Source: Perkinsus chesapeaki ATCC PRA-425 (lineage: Eukaryota > Protista > Perkinsozoa). From it: DNA of 64,000 nucleotides. Of this stretch, positions 1-11,600 are shown one piece after another. The stretch lies in assembly GCA_013115145.1 (NCBI GenBank), contig JAAPAO010000073.1, positions 1 through 64,000 of the forward strand, read 5' to 3'. A program made the translations under genes and the position numbers. How positions within the stretch are numbered: the first letter of the stretch is position 1; each line of letters opens with the position of its first letter. Below the pieces are notes generated by a model. It made no database searches. It saw nothing but the letters and a program-made list of their open reading frames with translations, and had not been told where the DNA came from.

Positions 1-136
1 AATCTTAACATAAATTTCGCTCGCCTGTCGAAATAGAAGTTACTATTGTCGAAATAGGCGTTGAAAAGGTGTAGAAAACTCCGGTCGATTTTTGCAATAA
101 TGAAGAGTGTATTTTTTATAACAATCCTTATAGGAA

Positions 137-2684
137 ATGGCAGTCGTGGAAAAACCGACAGATGTTATCATCGCAGTATTTCAGGAGCAAGAGGAATCCT
201 TGAGAAATGCCGAGTATCCTGATATTGGTATAACCCCCAAGTCGGTAGCCTCCTCCTCTATTGGCTGGCCCATCGGGGACCCAGATAGTCGAGGGGCTGC
301 TATTGCGGATCGGCCTAATCTTGTCGAAGAACCAGGAAGTACACAGGCTATCCTGCCAGCCAGATGTGAGGCTTACTCCGCACTACAAAGGATGATGTTT
401 ATCAGGCTACCAGAGGACTCTATCACTCCCCACAGAGCCTGCTGGAGGCTTGTCCTTTGCCGAGAGGCTACAAGCTCAGCTGAACAGTCGAGACGGAAAT
501 GCACAGCCCGACCTCCCGAAGCCATCGTCTTGTGCTGCTCTCACTGAGCCCCTTCTCCAGCCCCCTTCTCTTGGAGCCAAGTCAGCTACTGCCACCTTTG
601 GTGACTTGGGCAATCGATCGGAGCACGGTCAGTGGCAGTGTGATGGTATTCTTGTATTACTTACTAGGCACCGACATCACTTCAATCTCTCGTCGAGACC
701 CTTCGGAATGGGAGACCTTCCGCGTCCTCCGCCGGGAGCTTCGTCGAAATGCGAGTCGTGTCCAGAAGCAAGCCTCCGTAGCGCTCTCCGCAGCCTCATC
801 GCCCCCGGCTTCGTAAGTAACTTGACCTTCCCTCGAGACACAAGTTACTTCAGGCCCAAACGATTGAAAGACTCCACGGGTGACATTGAGGAAGGGCGCC
901 CATCGCTACCGCCTACCGCAGTAGTCCAGAGCTCTCTGATGCCGGCCACGGCAACCGAGTCGCTCGTACGGCGCACAAAGTCAATGTGATGAGTGCATCA
1001 TGACATTCTGCCTTGGACACGTTGAAGGTGCTTATCTCAGGATAACTCTCCCTCGCAGCCGAGGGTCGATGGTCCTTGCCGACGGGCAGCATTTGCATCC
1101 TAAACACTCGCTGCTTTCCTCTCTACCTGCCGAACAGTCCCTGGTCGCCGCCGGGTCGATAGTGTCGGCATCCCCGAGAAAGGAGAAGATACCGCCGGTG
1201 CTGCAGGCAGCGAAGCGGAAGGTCGAGCAATATGTTGATATGGAGGCGATTGCTGCTGCCACTCCGAGGCGACATAAAGATGCAGGTAAGGCGTACCCGG
1301 CTCTCGGCCGGCATGGTCTCGTCAGGGGCGGCGTCTATCGGTTACGATAATGAAGCGAAGGAGAATAAGCATTATCGGCTGGTGGCGACCGATGAAAGCG
1401 AAGGTGAGGAAGAGAGCAACAACTCTACAGCTGATAAGGCAGTGCCTCCGTTATGGAAGAGATTATTACAACGAATGACGGGAACGGTAGGTTGATGTTG
1501 ATGATGATGATGCAGCAGCACCTCGGAGACTTTTGTTTATTCAGGTATTGATTATTAAAGGCGTCAGTTGGGGTATATTCTTCATAGTGTGGAGTATGCA
1601 TACTACCATGCCACCCGTGGACTTGGATGTCATAGTAGGCCAATTAACGGATACGCATGGCCTCCTTTTTATTGCCTCTTGATCAGAACCTCTCTTTGCG
1701 AGGCAACCTGCCTCTAATCAACGGTGCTTTACAAGCCACTCTACCGAGTTCGCTGGGGGCCTGTAGGCTTGTATTTCTCTCGGGGTTGTTGTTCTACGTC
1801 CACCATCAGGTACATCTGATAGCATGCACTTGGCACCGAAGCCCTGTGTTGGCAATAGCTCTCTCTACTACGTTCGCGAGCGGGTATACGAAGTGAATGC
1901 ACGATGGGTTTCCGGTCTTAAAACCACCAAACTCGATAACATATACCTCTCTGTCCCGCAAGAGAATCGGTTGGCTCTCAGCATTGAAGGTGCGGAGAAG
2001 CCACGGGTTAGCTTCCTATCAAGATTGACTCTCAGGCGTTATTGGAGAGCTCCCGCTGTCACTGTTCGTGGGCCAATGTGTCACTCCGGATACATGGTTC
2101 ACTGGGAGGTGCGACAAACTGTGGGATAACACAGATGCCTGTTGTGGAACTGATAAGCACTTTCAGGTAGGGCAAGCATTACCGTACTCGTTGCTAGCAT
2201 GTGCATTCTCAATAGGTTGTGCTGCAGTCTGTCTGCAGTGAGGAATACCCCTTTGTACGGCAGATCACCGTTGAGAACATATCGGTCCAGCAGATAACCA
2301 TTCAAGAGCAATTCTTAGGTCGCCATCCAATCAGCATTCCGCCGTGATGCTTCCTAGTCAGGTCTGATCTCTATAAGTCTTAGTGATGTCACGACAACCT
2401 TGCAGGAGGCTTTGACCAAGGAGCTGCAGCCGTTCCTCATGAATAACGCGTAAGGCATTACTGAGCATCTTGAGAATCATGAATGATTTGTTGTCAGATT
2501 TATACCGTGGGGTGGGCAAACACTTTCCCTAGGAGAGCTCATCAACAAGATTCTGGCATTAAACATCAATCGAGATGCCTCTGGCCACGAGAGGTTCGAA
2601 TGCCCTAAGCCTCCCGTTGGTGGTTTTGGGCCTAGTCAATACGAGAAGCAAGGCGTGCTTGAGCGAACGTTTGGAGGGAGATAA
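137..2684 (+). CDS. Multi-exon hypothetical protein: long low-complexity N-terminus, one predicted TM segment (~1545-1600), C-terminal domain of unknown family
   Basis: ORFs 137, 450, 499, 1000 and 1232 join in frame through GT-AG introns (e.g. 371-410, 814-853). The exon after the 1488-1543 intron reads VLIIKGVSWGIFFIVW. Later exons read VVLQSVCSEEYPFVRQ, TTLQEALTKELQPFL and FIPWGGQTLSLGELINKILALN...ERTFGGR*. Confidence 0.5.
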
Positions 2685-4165
2685 GTTTCCCTTACAAGAC
2701 TGATAACCAAGTGTATATTACGTGAATAATTTCTAACATTTTCCTAAGCTACATTTGTTGCCTGAATGAAACAGCTTTTGTGTTATGCCTGAAGTGCAGA
2801 TCGAACGACGAGATGACTATACGAAAGACAGACAAAAGAAAGGCGAGTAATGCGACAGATAAACGGTTTGTACAGTTCATTTCCGTCTAGGTGTAGTTTC
2901 AATCAGTCACCGAGCACATGTCGCCATTTGGGTTTGTCAATACTCTGCCAAGCTGCTTTGCGACTCAAAAAGTTTACTACTTCATTTGAGACAAAGATTC
3001 AGCGTGACTTCTGGTTCAGCTCCAATCGGTTGGGCGACCATCTTCGGATTAGATGCAAACGCATAGTGCGAGTTTGTGATCTCGGTAGGAATCGGTAGGA
3101 ACCATTCTCGGTGTGAATGGTTCCCTTAGGGTAATCAGCGTGCATTTGCCGAGAAGGTGACTGACCGATACGTTGGTCACAATACACGCACTTACGAGGG
3201 CCTTTTGCACTTGGTAAAAGCAATTCAGAGCAAGGGTTGAAGGAGCAGCCGAATGAGCGTAGGGAAGGACCACATGTTATGACAAGCAGAGCACGACTGT
3301 GAGCGAAAAGCGAGGATAACTAATTATCTCACTCCCGACCTTGAGAGCGCACAATTATGTCATGACCATGCGCCGCCTTATCGACAGTGGCGCTGTGGCG
3401 TAGTCTAGTCAATCCAATTAGTTGGCATAGCATGGAGTGGGGTGTTTGATATGACGAGATATCGATGTCTAATACTCTCGCCCCAAGCTATTGTCATGTG
3501 GAGAAGCAAATAGTTCGAGTATCTAGGAGGAAGTTTTGCTATTGATTATTCGTGTCGAAGCAAGCGCCAGTTTTCTCTAGGAGCCCACTTAACACCAGAG
3601 TTTGAAATGCAGGAGTTCTTCGCCAGCCCATGCCCACTAGAGAACTCTCTCTCCTACTAAAACTAAGAACACGGCTACTATTAGTTAGTCAAATGTGCGG
3701 TAATCATTGGTGACATCCTGGGATTCCCATGTCATGCATGCCGACACAAGCGGCGGCGCTGCCAGCATAACGGGGAGGGACCCGTCGCACAAAAAGACCA
3801 TCCTAGCAAGTTATAAGCGCAACAGTACAAGGTTAACGCTAAAATTTGCACTTTTCCAGTTGTTTTATGGAAGAGAATCGGGCGGCTTCCCCTATCATTC
3901 ATACTGGGGAAATCGCGCTGCTAATGAGCCAGGATATGCCCAGTCCTACTGCATTTAGTCTTGCCATAGAGGCGCACTCGCTCGGCTCCACGCCCGGCCT
4001 GAAGGCCGAGAAAACGCCCCAGAGTTTTCTGCTGTAAAACCAATCTGCTTACCTCACAGCAAGTGGTTTACTTGACCCGCCTTTCGGGCCTACGAGAGCT
4101 GTTGTTGGAAGGAAACACAAGAAAGCGAGCTCAAAGTTCAAGTGTTACGCTTGGGACAAGTGAAT

Positions 4166-4224
4166 GCCGCCATGCTCCAGTCGGAGAGGAAAGTCAGCCG
4201 CCATGCTCCAGTCGGAGAGGAAAG
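4166..4224. repeat. 31-bp direct tandem duplication (about 2 copies)
   Basis: gccgccatgctccagtcggagaggaaag occurs at 4166 and 4197. Confidence 0.9.
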
Positions 4225-4360
4225 CCACAGCTCAGCTAAAAAGCCGAAAGGAACTTCAGGGTTCTGTAGGCGAGGAAAATGCTCGATAAGAAAAGGTCGG
4301 ATATCGGGATAAGTCAGCCGTATATTCATTTCTGTAGACGTTCGTGTCCTCTATATAGAC

Positions 4361-5899
4361 ATGACCCTTATTCGTCAGGCAGCTTTCCTGCCTTTATACG
4401 CCATCATCATCGTCGGTAAGAGCGTAGATCCACCCTTTCTTCGCCGCACTGATGAAGCCTTGAAGCCCATACCCACCAGATGTCTCACCGGACTGACAGA
4501 CCCTAGCTTTGATTAGTAAGTATGGGCTTCCACTCCCTTGCTTCATTCGTTCACGTTTACAGCGATACTTGTATGCCACCGCTGCTGAATCAAATGGTTA
4601 TTGTAGCTGCAACACCAAAGATAAGTGATGCACTCAAGAGACTCGGGTAAGCCGAACACTTTAAGCGATGCCGGTTAGCAACTTTTGCCTTTATTAGGAA
4701 GAGAGTCACAAGTGAAACCTACTATACGGTGGATCTCTACCGCGTAGACGTTACAGATTTAGGTGAGCCATCCATGCGATCTTCAGGGAAACGTTGCATC
4801 AGTTGCAACCTACAAAAACAAGCTCCGTGTTATGCCGCAGAACTACACTATATACTCGGTCATCAACGAGCCCAACCAAAACTACTCCGCTGAACAACCA
4901 CAACTGTCGGTGCGTATTGTTGATAACCTGGTAACAAGTGAAGCAACATATGTTTCTGAATGGAATTCTCCAGCTGGTGGAGAGCTGAATGTGCGAGATA
5001 TCCCTGGAACCGATAAGTTCACATTTCAGCAGAAGGTCTCCGATTCCCTAACTCTAACACGGTCTTACTATCGTCATGTCCCTATAGATGGCAATATTAG
5101 AGGTATACTTATCCAGTATCATGGATGGAGAAATACTTGTGAGTCGTTTGAGGAGGAGTCCCAAATGACAGCAATTGCCGACAAGCATGGCCTCATGTTG
5201 ATACATGCATGCGGCAGTGAGTATGGCTTTTATTCGTCCTACTTCAAATATATACATGGATGGAATGCGGGAACCTGTTGTATTCAAAGGGATGATATCA
5301 ATGACGTTGAGTACACCAGAATGATTCTGGCGAGAGAAAACCATAACCATTTACCGGTGTATGGTTATGGCTACAGCAATGGTGGTATGATGGTGGAAGC
5401 TCTACTCTGTCATAAGGTTATTGATATGGCTGTGTCAGTAAATGGTGTGTTAGCTCTCCACCCTGGTCTGCAGGGTTCCCTTAAGACATGTGATAATATC
5501 TACAGTAAAACTCAGAGGCTAGTTGTACCAAGTGTGGCTAGCATTCACTGCGTAGATGATGAAGTTGTGCCCTATAATGGATCAACCTATGGGACTACCC
5601 TATGGGACTGGTCCAGGTTCTACTTCGTCAACGATATGTTTCCGAGAACTAATAAGGATATGAGACGTTGGGCAAGACGACTGGGCTGTGAAAGGAAAGC
5701 CAGCCATAAAGAGAAGATCAACGACTGGACTCGCCTACAGGAGTGGGTCTGCCCAGGACAAGAGAGAGTAGTTTCTATCAAAAGGTTTAACTGTAGTTAT
5801 CAAGGGGGCTTTGCCCATAGCGTCATAAGAACTCCCGATTTTGACCCGGCCGAATGGGCAGTTAATTTTTTCGTGAGGAACGGGCCTTCAAACCCTTGA
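4361..5899 (+). CDS. Alpha/beta-hydrolase esterase, LpqC/PHB-depolymerase-like (paralog 1), hydrophobic N-terminus
   Basis: Motifs GWNAGTCC, GYSNGG (nucleophile elbow), IHCVDDEVVPYNG and GGFAH. Three small upstream exons (MTLIRQAAFLPLYAIIIV...FDY | SDTCMPPLLNQMVIVAATPKISDALKRLG | KRVTSETYYTVDLY...) splice in frame to the long exon and are conserved in paralogs 2 and 3. Confidence 0.8.
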
Positions 5900-5967
5900 A
5901 GGGACAGCGAAGGTATTTGACTTCTCAATTGGAGAGTTTAAGTGCATATCCTCATCAAGTTTATACC

Positions 5968-6434
5968 GTCAGCTTGGAGTCAAGTCTTTGTTGATAACGC
6001 TCCCGTTACCTACTCCTGTCCTACATAACGTCAGCTTTGAGTCAAGGCTTTGTTGATAACGCTTCCCGTTAGCTACTCCTGTCTCACGTGACGTCAGCTT
6101 NNNNNNNNNNNNNNNNNNNNNNNNNNNNNNNNNNNNNNNNNNNNNNNNNNNNNNNNNNNNNNNNNNNNNNNNNNNNNNNNNNNNNNNNNNNNNNNNNNTT
6201 GGAGTCAAGGCTTTGTTGATAACGCTTCCCGTTAGCTACTCCTGTCTCACGTGACGTCAGCTTGGAGTCAAGTCTTTGTTGATAACGCTTCCCGTTAGCT
6301 ACTCCTGTCTCACGTGACGTCAGCTTGGAGTCAAGTCTTTGTTGATAACGCTTCCCGTTAGCTACTCCTGCCTCACGTGACGTCAGCTTGGAGTCAAGTC
6401 TTTGTTGATAACGCTTCCCGTTAGCTACTCCTGT
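5968..6434. repeat. 63-bp tandem repeat array interrupted by a 98-N assembly gap (6101-6198)
   Basis: Unit gtcagcttggagtcaagtctttgttgataacgcttcccgttagctactcctgtctcacgtgac. About 2 copies lie left of the gap and about 3.7 lie right of it. Confidence 0.95.
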
Positions 6435-7072
6435 TACAGCAGTATTGGTCTAGATTGTGTATTGTCAATGAAACCTCCCCTTTCTACGCGCTGATTGTCT
6501 CTGACAAATACTGCGCTCTTGCGTTTGTAACATTAAGTTTAACTAACCGCATTTCCGTTATTATTCCTTTCGCGATTATCAGGCACTCTAGCTCTGTGCG
6601 TTTGACATGTTTGCATGTGAAAGCCACGCAGTTTACGGTTACATTGATACGCGCTTCAGCGAGGAAAGCTTGAAAGAGTGGTCTCGCTAAGGTAGCCCTG
6701 GCATTTCATGTGCACCCGGGACGGGACCAGCGGTAGAGTAAATCGAAGAGGATGCACCGGGTTCCTTAAAGGAGAGAGTGAATGAATTCGTCTAACAACA
6801 CTAATAACCACGTATCCATTTCGTGGGTGACTTTTAAGCTATAGGAGATCGGCTTTGTGCTAGTTATTCAAGTACAAACATAGCAAGCGGGCAGAGTAAG
6901 GCAAACAGCAACGTTCCTCGTTTGCGATTGTTCGTTCGGTTTCCGGGCGAAGATACTCCTTCTCATATATGAAGGGAACACGACAAGGTGCGGTAACGAA
7001 AAAAGAACCACAGCGCATGAGCGACCAGGCTGCTTTTGAATCGATGACGAGTATAGTCTATACTTGGCGCAA

Positions 7073-8000
7073 TCACTTGTACAGAACTGGTATTAACGCT
7101 TCTTTATGCTCGTAGTACTCACACCCCTGAAGAACGCTCGATAACGTGTGGCAGCAGGGGACTACCTCATCAGGAGTGACAGGGAATACCCGGAATGGTT
7201 TGATCCCGGCATCCTTAAACCCACATGAACGAATATGAGGTAACTGCGTCTTCTCCCACAACTCCTCCCAGGTGTCATATTCTCCTACGAATAAGATGCT
7301 CATGCATTAGTAGAAAGCGAACGCCACCTTTTAGAACGCCGATAGAGGTAAGGTTACAATAAGTGAGGATTCCCCCTGGTTTGAGAACCCTGTATGCCTG
7401 AAATGACCGTACTTAGAGAAAACTCGAACTAAGCGACATACCTCTTTAATAAACTTGAACTGGTGAGTATGTTGCTCCTCTTTATCGTGTGGGTAAGTAT
7501 CGTAAAGAATACCATCAATACTGTTGTCGGGGAGCGTCGCGACTACTTCGCTGGCGAGCCCAAGCATGGGCGTGACCTTGTGTGGAGCTCGGGCAGCAAA
7601 AGCCTGAATCCTTCTATTGAGGCATACATTCCCACAGTTGAGGTACCTCGAGCCTTTTAAAAACGTCTTTATTGGCCTCTATGATAACATGTTCATCTAT
7701 TTCATGCTTCTGAACAGCACTCGCGGAGAGGCCAAGACCAAACCCCAGCTCGAGGACTTTGCCACCATTAGATGTGGCTACCTCTGCAAGGGCGTGCATG
7801 TATGGTGCCTGTTGAAGAACACTTGTAGACGGTTTGTACTCAAACCAGTAGCCGAGGCTCACCTCCCACTTCTGCATAACAGGATGACCGTCGATATCGA
7901 GCCTGTCACCGTTGAACTCCTCATGGATGTCTGCCCAATCCTGAGCATCACTTGCCTCGTGCAACCCGTCATAACCCGCATGTGGCATCGGAGGGGCCAT
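7073..8000 (-). CDS. GAMT: Guanidinoacetate N-methyltransferase
   Basis: Spliced product contains [39 protein letters not shown]...HTHQF and TYCNLTS, matching vertebrate GAMT motif by motif. Confidence 0.9.
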
Positions 8001-8610
8001 AATAACAAGGTGGAAGAACGGTAAAAGAAAAAGCTTCTCAGGTGACTAAGCTCCGAGTTACGGCCACAGTGAACTTCATACATTAAGGCGAAACGCATAA
8101 GCGAACGGCAACACACGACATGAAGCTCATACCGCTTGAGCCGTGTGTGTCGTTATTGCTGACAGTAGCAGAATGCGCTCTCTTTCGAACTTGATATCCC
8201 TCGTGATAGTGATGAGAAGTTCGCAGTTTGGTAAGGGTAGGCCGAGAAAAGGAGTCCTATATGTAAGCGGGCGCTACCAGAGCGGGCCGTACACTCGAAG
8301 ATACATAATAATGTGTCTAATATAATAAATCACATAATGAATTCGAGTGCTTCTTGACGCACGCGTTCATATCAACTGCGGCGCAGTTACTGCGTATGCG
8401 TGCAAAGATACTGTGTGCTGCTGGCCAGAATTATAGTGCGATTTTCCCCTAGCAAACTTCACCTCTCGACTCGGGACACGAAGTCAACCATCATGGAAAC
8501 TTTGACATCATTGGGACATGCTCTGAGCTGCGATATTGGCTATGTGTCCCCTTCCCGGAGGAAATACAGGTATGCTGATCATCACCATTGATGGTGGTGC
8601 CTACTCAAAG

Positions 8611-11600
8611 CTATACCAGCGCTCCACTTAACCTTAAGATTGCTCCGACCTGGGTAACCTCATCCTCTTTTGTACACGTGCTGCTGCAGCCATCGCCATC
8701 GTAAACGTTACCATCGTCACATTCCTCTGCTGGGCGATCAATTACTCCGTCCCCACATCGCACTCCTCGGCAAGGGCCTGTGTTCCCGAGGCGGAGGCGT
8801 ATTCGACAGAGCAACCTCTGAGCACACCTGTTTGAGGACTGCATACGTAGTTGCTTTCCACCATGCAATTCGAGCTGCATCCATCACCATTAAATCTAAT
8901 AATACGTATACAAAGAGAAGGCTCGACAGCACCTGTTGCCGTCATCGCATTCCTCATTTCCGCGACGAAAGCCATCGCCGCACTCAGCGCGACATACAGA
9001 AGAATTGTCAACTGAAGAGTACGATCGCCGACAATCTTTTAGCGACGTCTACCGAGGCTATTTCGGCATGTCCATCCTTGCTCAATTGTACACGAGCCCG
9101 AGCAGCCATCACCGCCCACTGTGTTGCCATCGTCACAGGTCTCGGAGGGATCCACTACCACCGAATCGCCACACACGGGAAGGCAACTGTATCTGCGACT
9201 ATGACTCTCGATGCTGAAGTTAGGAGGGGGCCCGACCTCGTGGGATCGGAAGTGTTGAGGTAACCGCACTGCCAACCGGTTTCAATTTCACCTGATTGGC
9301 GTGCTATTCAAGACGATATCCAAGCGATTGACCTCACATGAAGAACTGCAACCATCACCATTCGCTGTGTTCCCATCTTCACATTCTTCGATGCCTTCCG
9401 CCAGTTTCCCATCGCCGCAAAGTATCCGGGAACATACAGATGGCGAACTCGAGTTTCCTTCTGCCATAATGATACGATGACAGTTTCCGCCCCCCACCAT
9501 CAAGGTTTACTGTTGCAGGTCCACCCGGGTTCGGGCTCGCATTGGCTAGTGCAGCCGCTACCAGGAATGGCACCAGTATCACACGTCTCAAAGAAGCTAT
9601 CTAGCATGCTGTTTGGACAGTTTGCCGACTCGTTGCAAGGCAGCAACTGGTCCAACCCCGAGGCATAGAGTGGGATCGAGCAGTCCATCGGCACCTAGGC
9701 CAAGCACTATGAGATATCAACGTCCCAACCGGCTGACATCAGTGGTATAGGTCTGCACCACAGCGCCGTTTACAGTGACCCTAGTGCCGTTAAATGTGTC
9801 TACAGCTCCTCCATCAAAGTCAATGGCGAGCTTTAGAGACTGAGAAAATTCACCAACATACGAGGGCGCTCGGAAAGTAGCCTTACCCCAAGAGGATCGT
9901 AGATTTCTTCGTAGAGACAGTCACCGCCAGTCCTATCCGACTCATCTGGCACAGGTGACCATAAACGGAAGGCGCTAACACTACCACTAAGGCTTGTGGC
10001 GATCAGTGTTGTATCTGATAGAACCGTGGGTAGCTTTGTCTGCTGGAATTGAGGGCAACACGGCAGTGAAATTGCGAGCCCGCGAATATTATACGCACGG
10101 TTCTACTTTCAGAGACAGCCGTGTTGTTTTCAACCTTTGACAGGCACAGTCCTTCAGTTTGTCGTAACCCAAACTCGCTCTTGATGATGACGTCTATCCG
10201 AGCTAGGTCTCTATGGTTGCACCAAACGTTACTGCTTGCTGGTCCGTGCTCTAGAAGCCGCAGGTGATACCAGGTGCCAGTCCGAAGAGCTAGGTCAGTC
10301 AACCTAACGCTCTGTCCTCCATAATGGAGCAGCAATGTGAGGTTGGCATCCAGTACCAGGGCGACATCTTTCGTTGAGAACACCGTACCTTCCACGTCGG
10401 AATTCCAATGCTGTGTCATGAAGAAACGAGCCCACCGCTTCCAGTAGAACTGTGATCGGGGTCAAGCTTCAACCACATCTCCATGAGAAAGCTTTCATTT
10501 ACTGGCGGGACGAGATCAGCCTTGATGTACATCGCTGGGCTCAACCTGAACGGAAAGGCCCTCTCGGAATCGGCTCTAGCCATCCAGTGGCCGAACCTGA
10601 GCGATCTGTGGCGAGGGCGCCAGCCTTTCCCACCATCATCGGCCCTCCATGCTCGGCTCACACCTATTATCGCTCCTAAGGTTGGGATCGAAATAGACTC
10701 GATGATAAGACTTCAGAAGTATGGCCTTACTGCTCCCTTTGGGCACGCTCTGAGTTGAGTTCATCCATGCAGTTTGAATATCACCCGAGCCGTCTAAATC
10801 CCTACCAACACTCGGTACTATGCAGATTTGAGGAAAGGGGAGCATCAAGCTATCTCGAAGTCTGATTGCCTAGAGCCAACGGGGTGTAGTGTAAACTCAC
10901 ATTGTCAATTGAAATGTCGAAGGAGGGGCTATCGCAGCCTCATTGCCGAAGTAAGTGACATTTACCCATGTAACAACGGCCCTGGGCCTCTTCAGCGCTG
11001 TGTTTTCATCAAGAAGCTGGAACCTACCAATAGACCCGGATCCGTGATAATAGGAAGGATAAACCGAGCTCACGTTATCCGCGCGTCGGGCCTATTTCTG
11101 GTGCTGTCTATGTCAGTCCAGAAGACCGATATCCTCTTGTGTTCGTAATGTCTCTCCAGAGAGACTTCCTCTCCAGACAGGTCAGGGGATGAGAAGGTAA
11201 CGAAACCGTTGGCGCTCACGTAGGCACCGCTGTACACGTCGTCGTAGAACCTACGAGCAGGAGTTACGGGAAAAGTATCAGAAACACAAAAGGGGATTCG
11301 AACATCATACTTCACTGTATGAATGCGGTCAACTTACCTGAACTCGTGAGCACCAAACGAGATCCACTCATAATCGCTCCCCTCTGAAGAAGAAGATGAC
11401 CGTGCTGGGGTAGCCGAGCGGGGAACGGTGCCAAGCAAGTAGGGAGCTTCAACCCACCTTCGTCGACGTATCCAACCCGGAGTGGCCTTAGCCATCTTGG
11501 TGGCTCGTTTGGCAAGTGATAATACTGGGGCTCGGTTAGGCACGGGATGTACCGCACCACGCTGCCTGAAGAATTAAACATCTTCAATGAGCCACACCAT

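Noticed and set aside
2850-3300. Short ORFs on both strands, possibly a small gene or pseudogene
   Set aside because: Could not build a stop-free spliced model or recognise a motif.
5968-6434. CRISPR array
   Set aside because: Head-to-tail identical units with no unique spacers, eukaryotic context, no cas genes.
7617-8024. Antisense/overlapping ORFs in the track (e.g. 7617+, 8670+, 25245-, 44475+, 48700+, 54663+)
   Set aside because: Shadow ORFs opposite well-supported genes, with no independent motifs.
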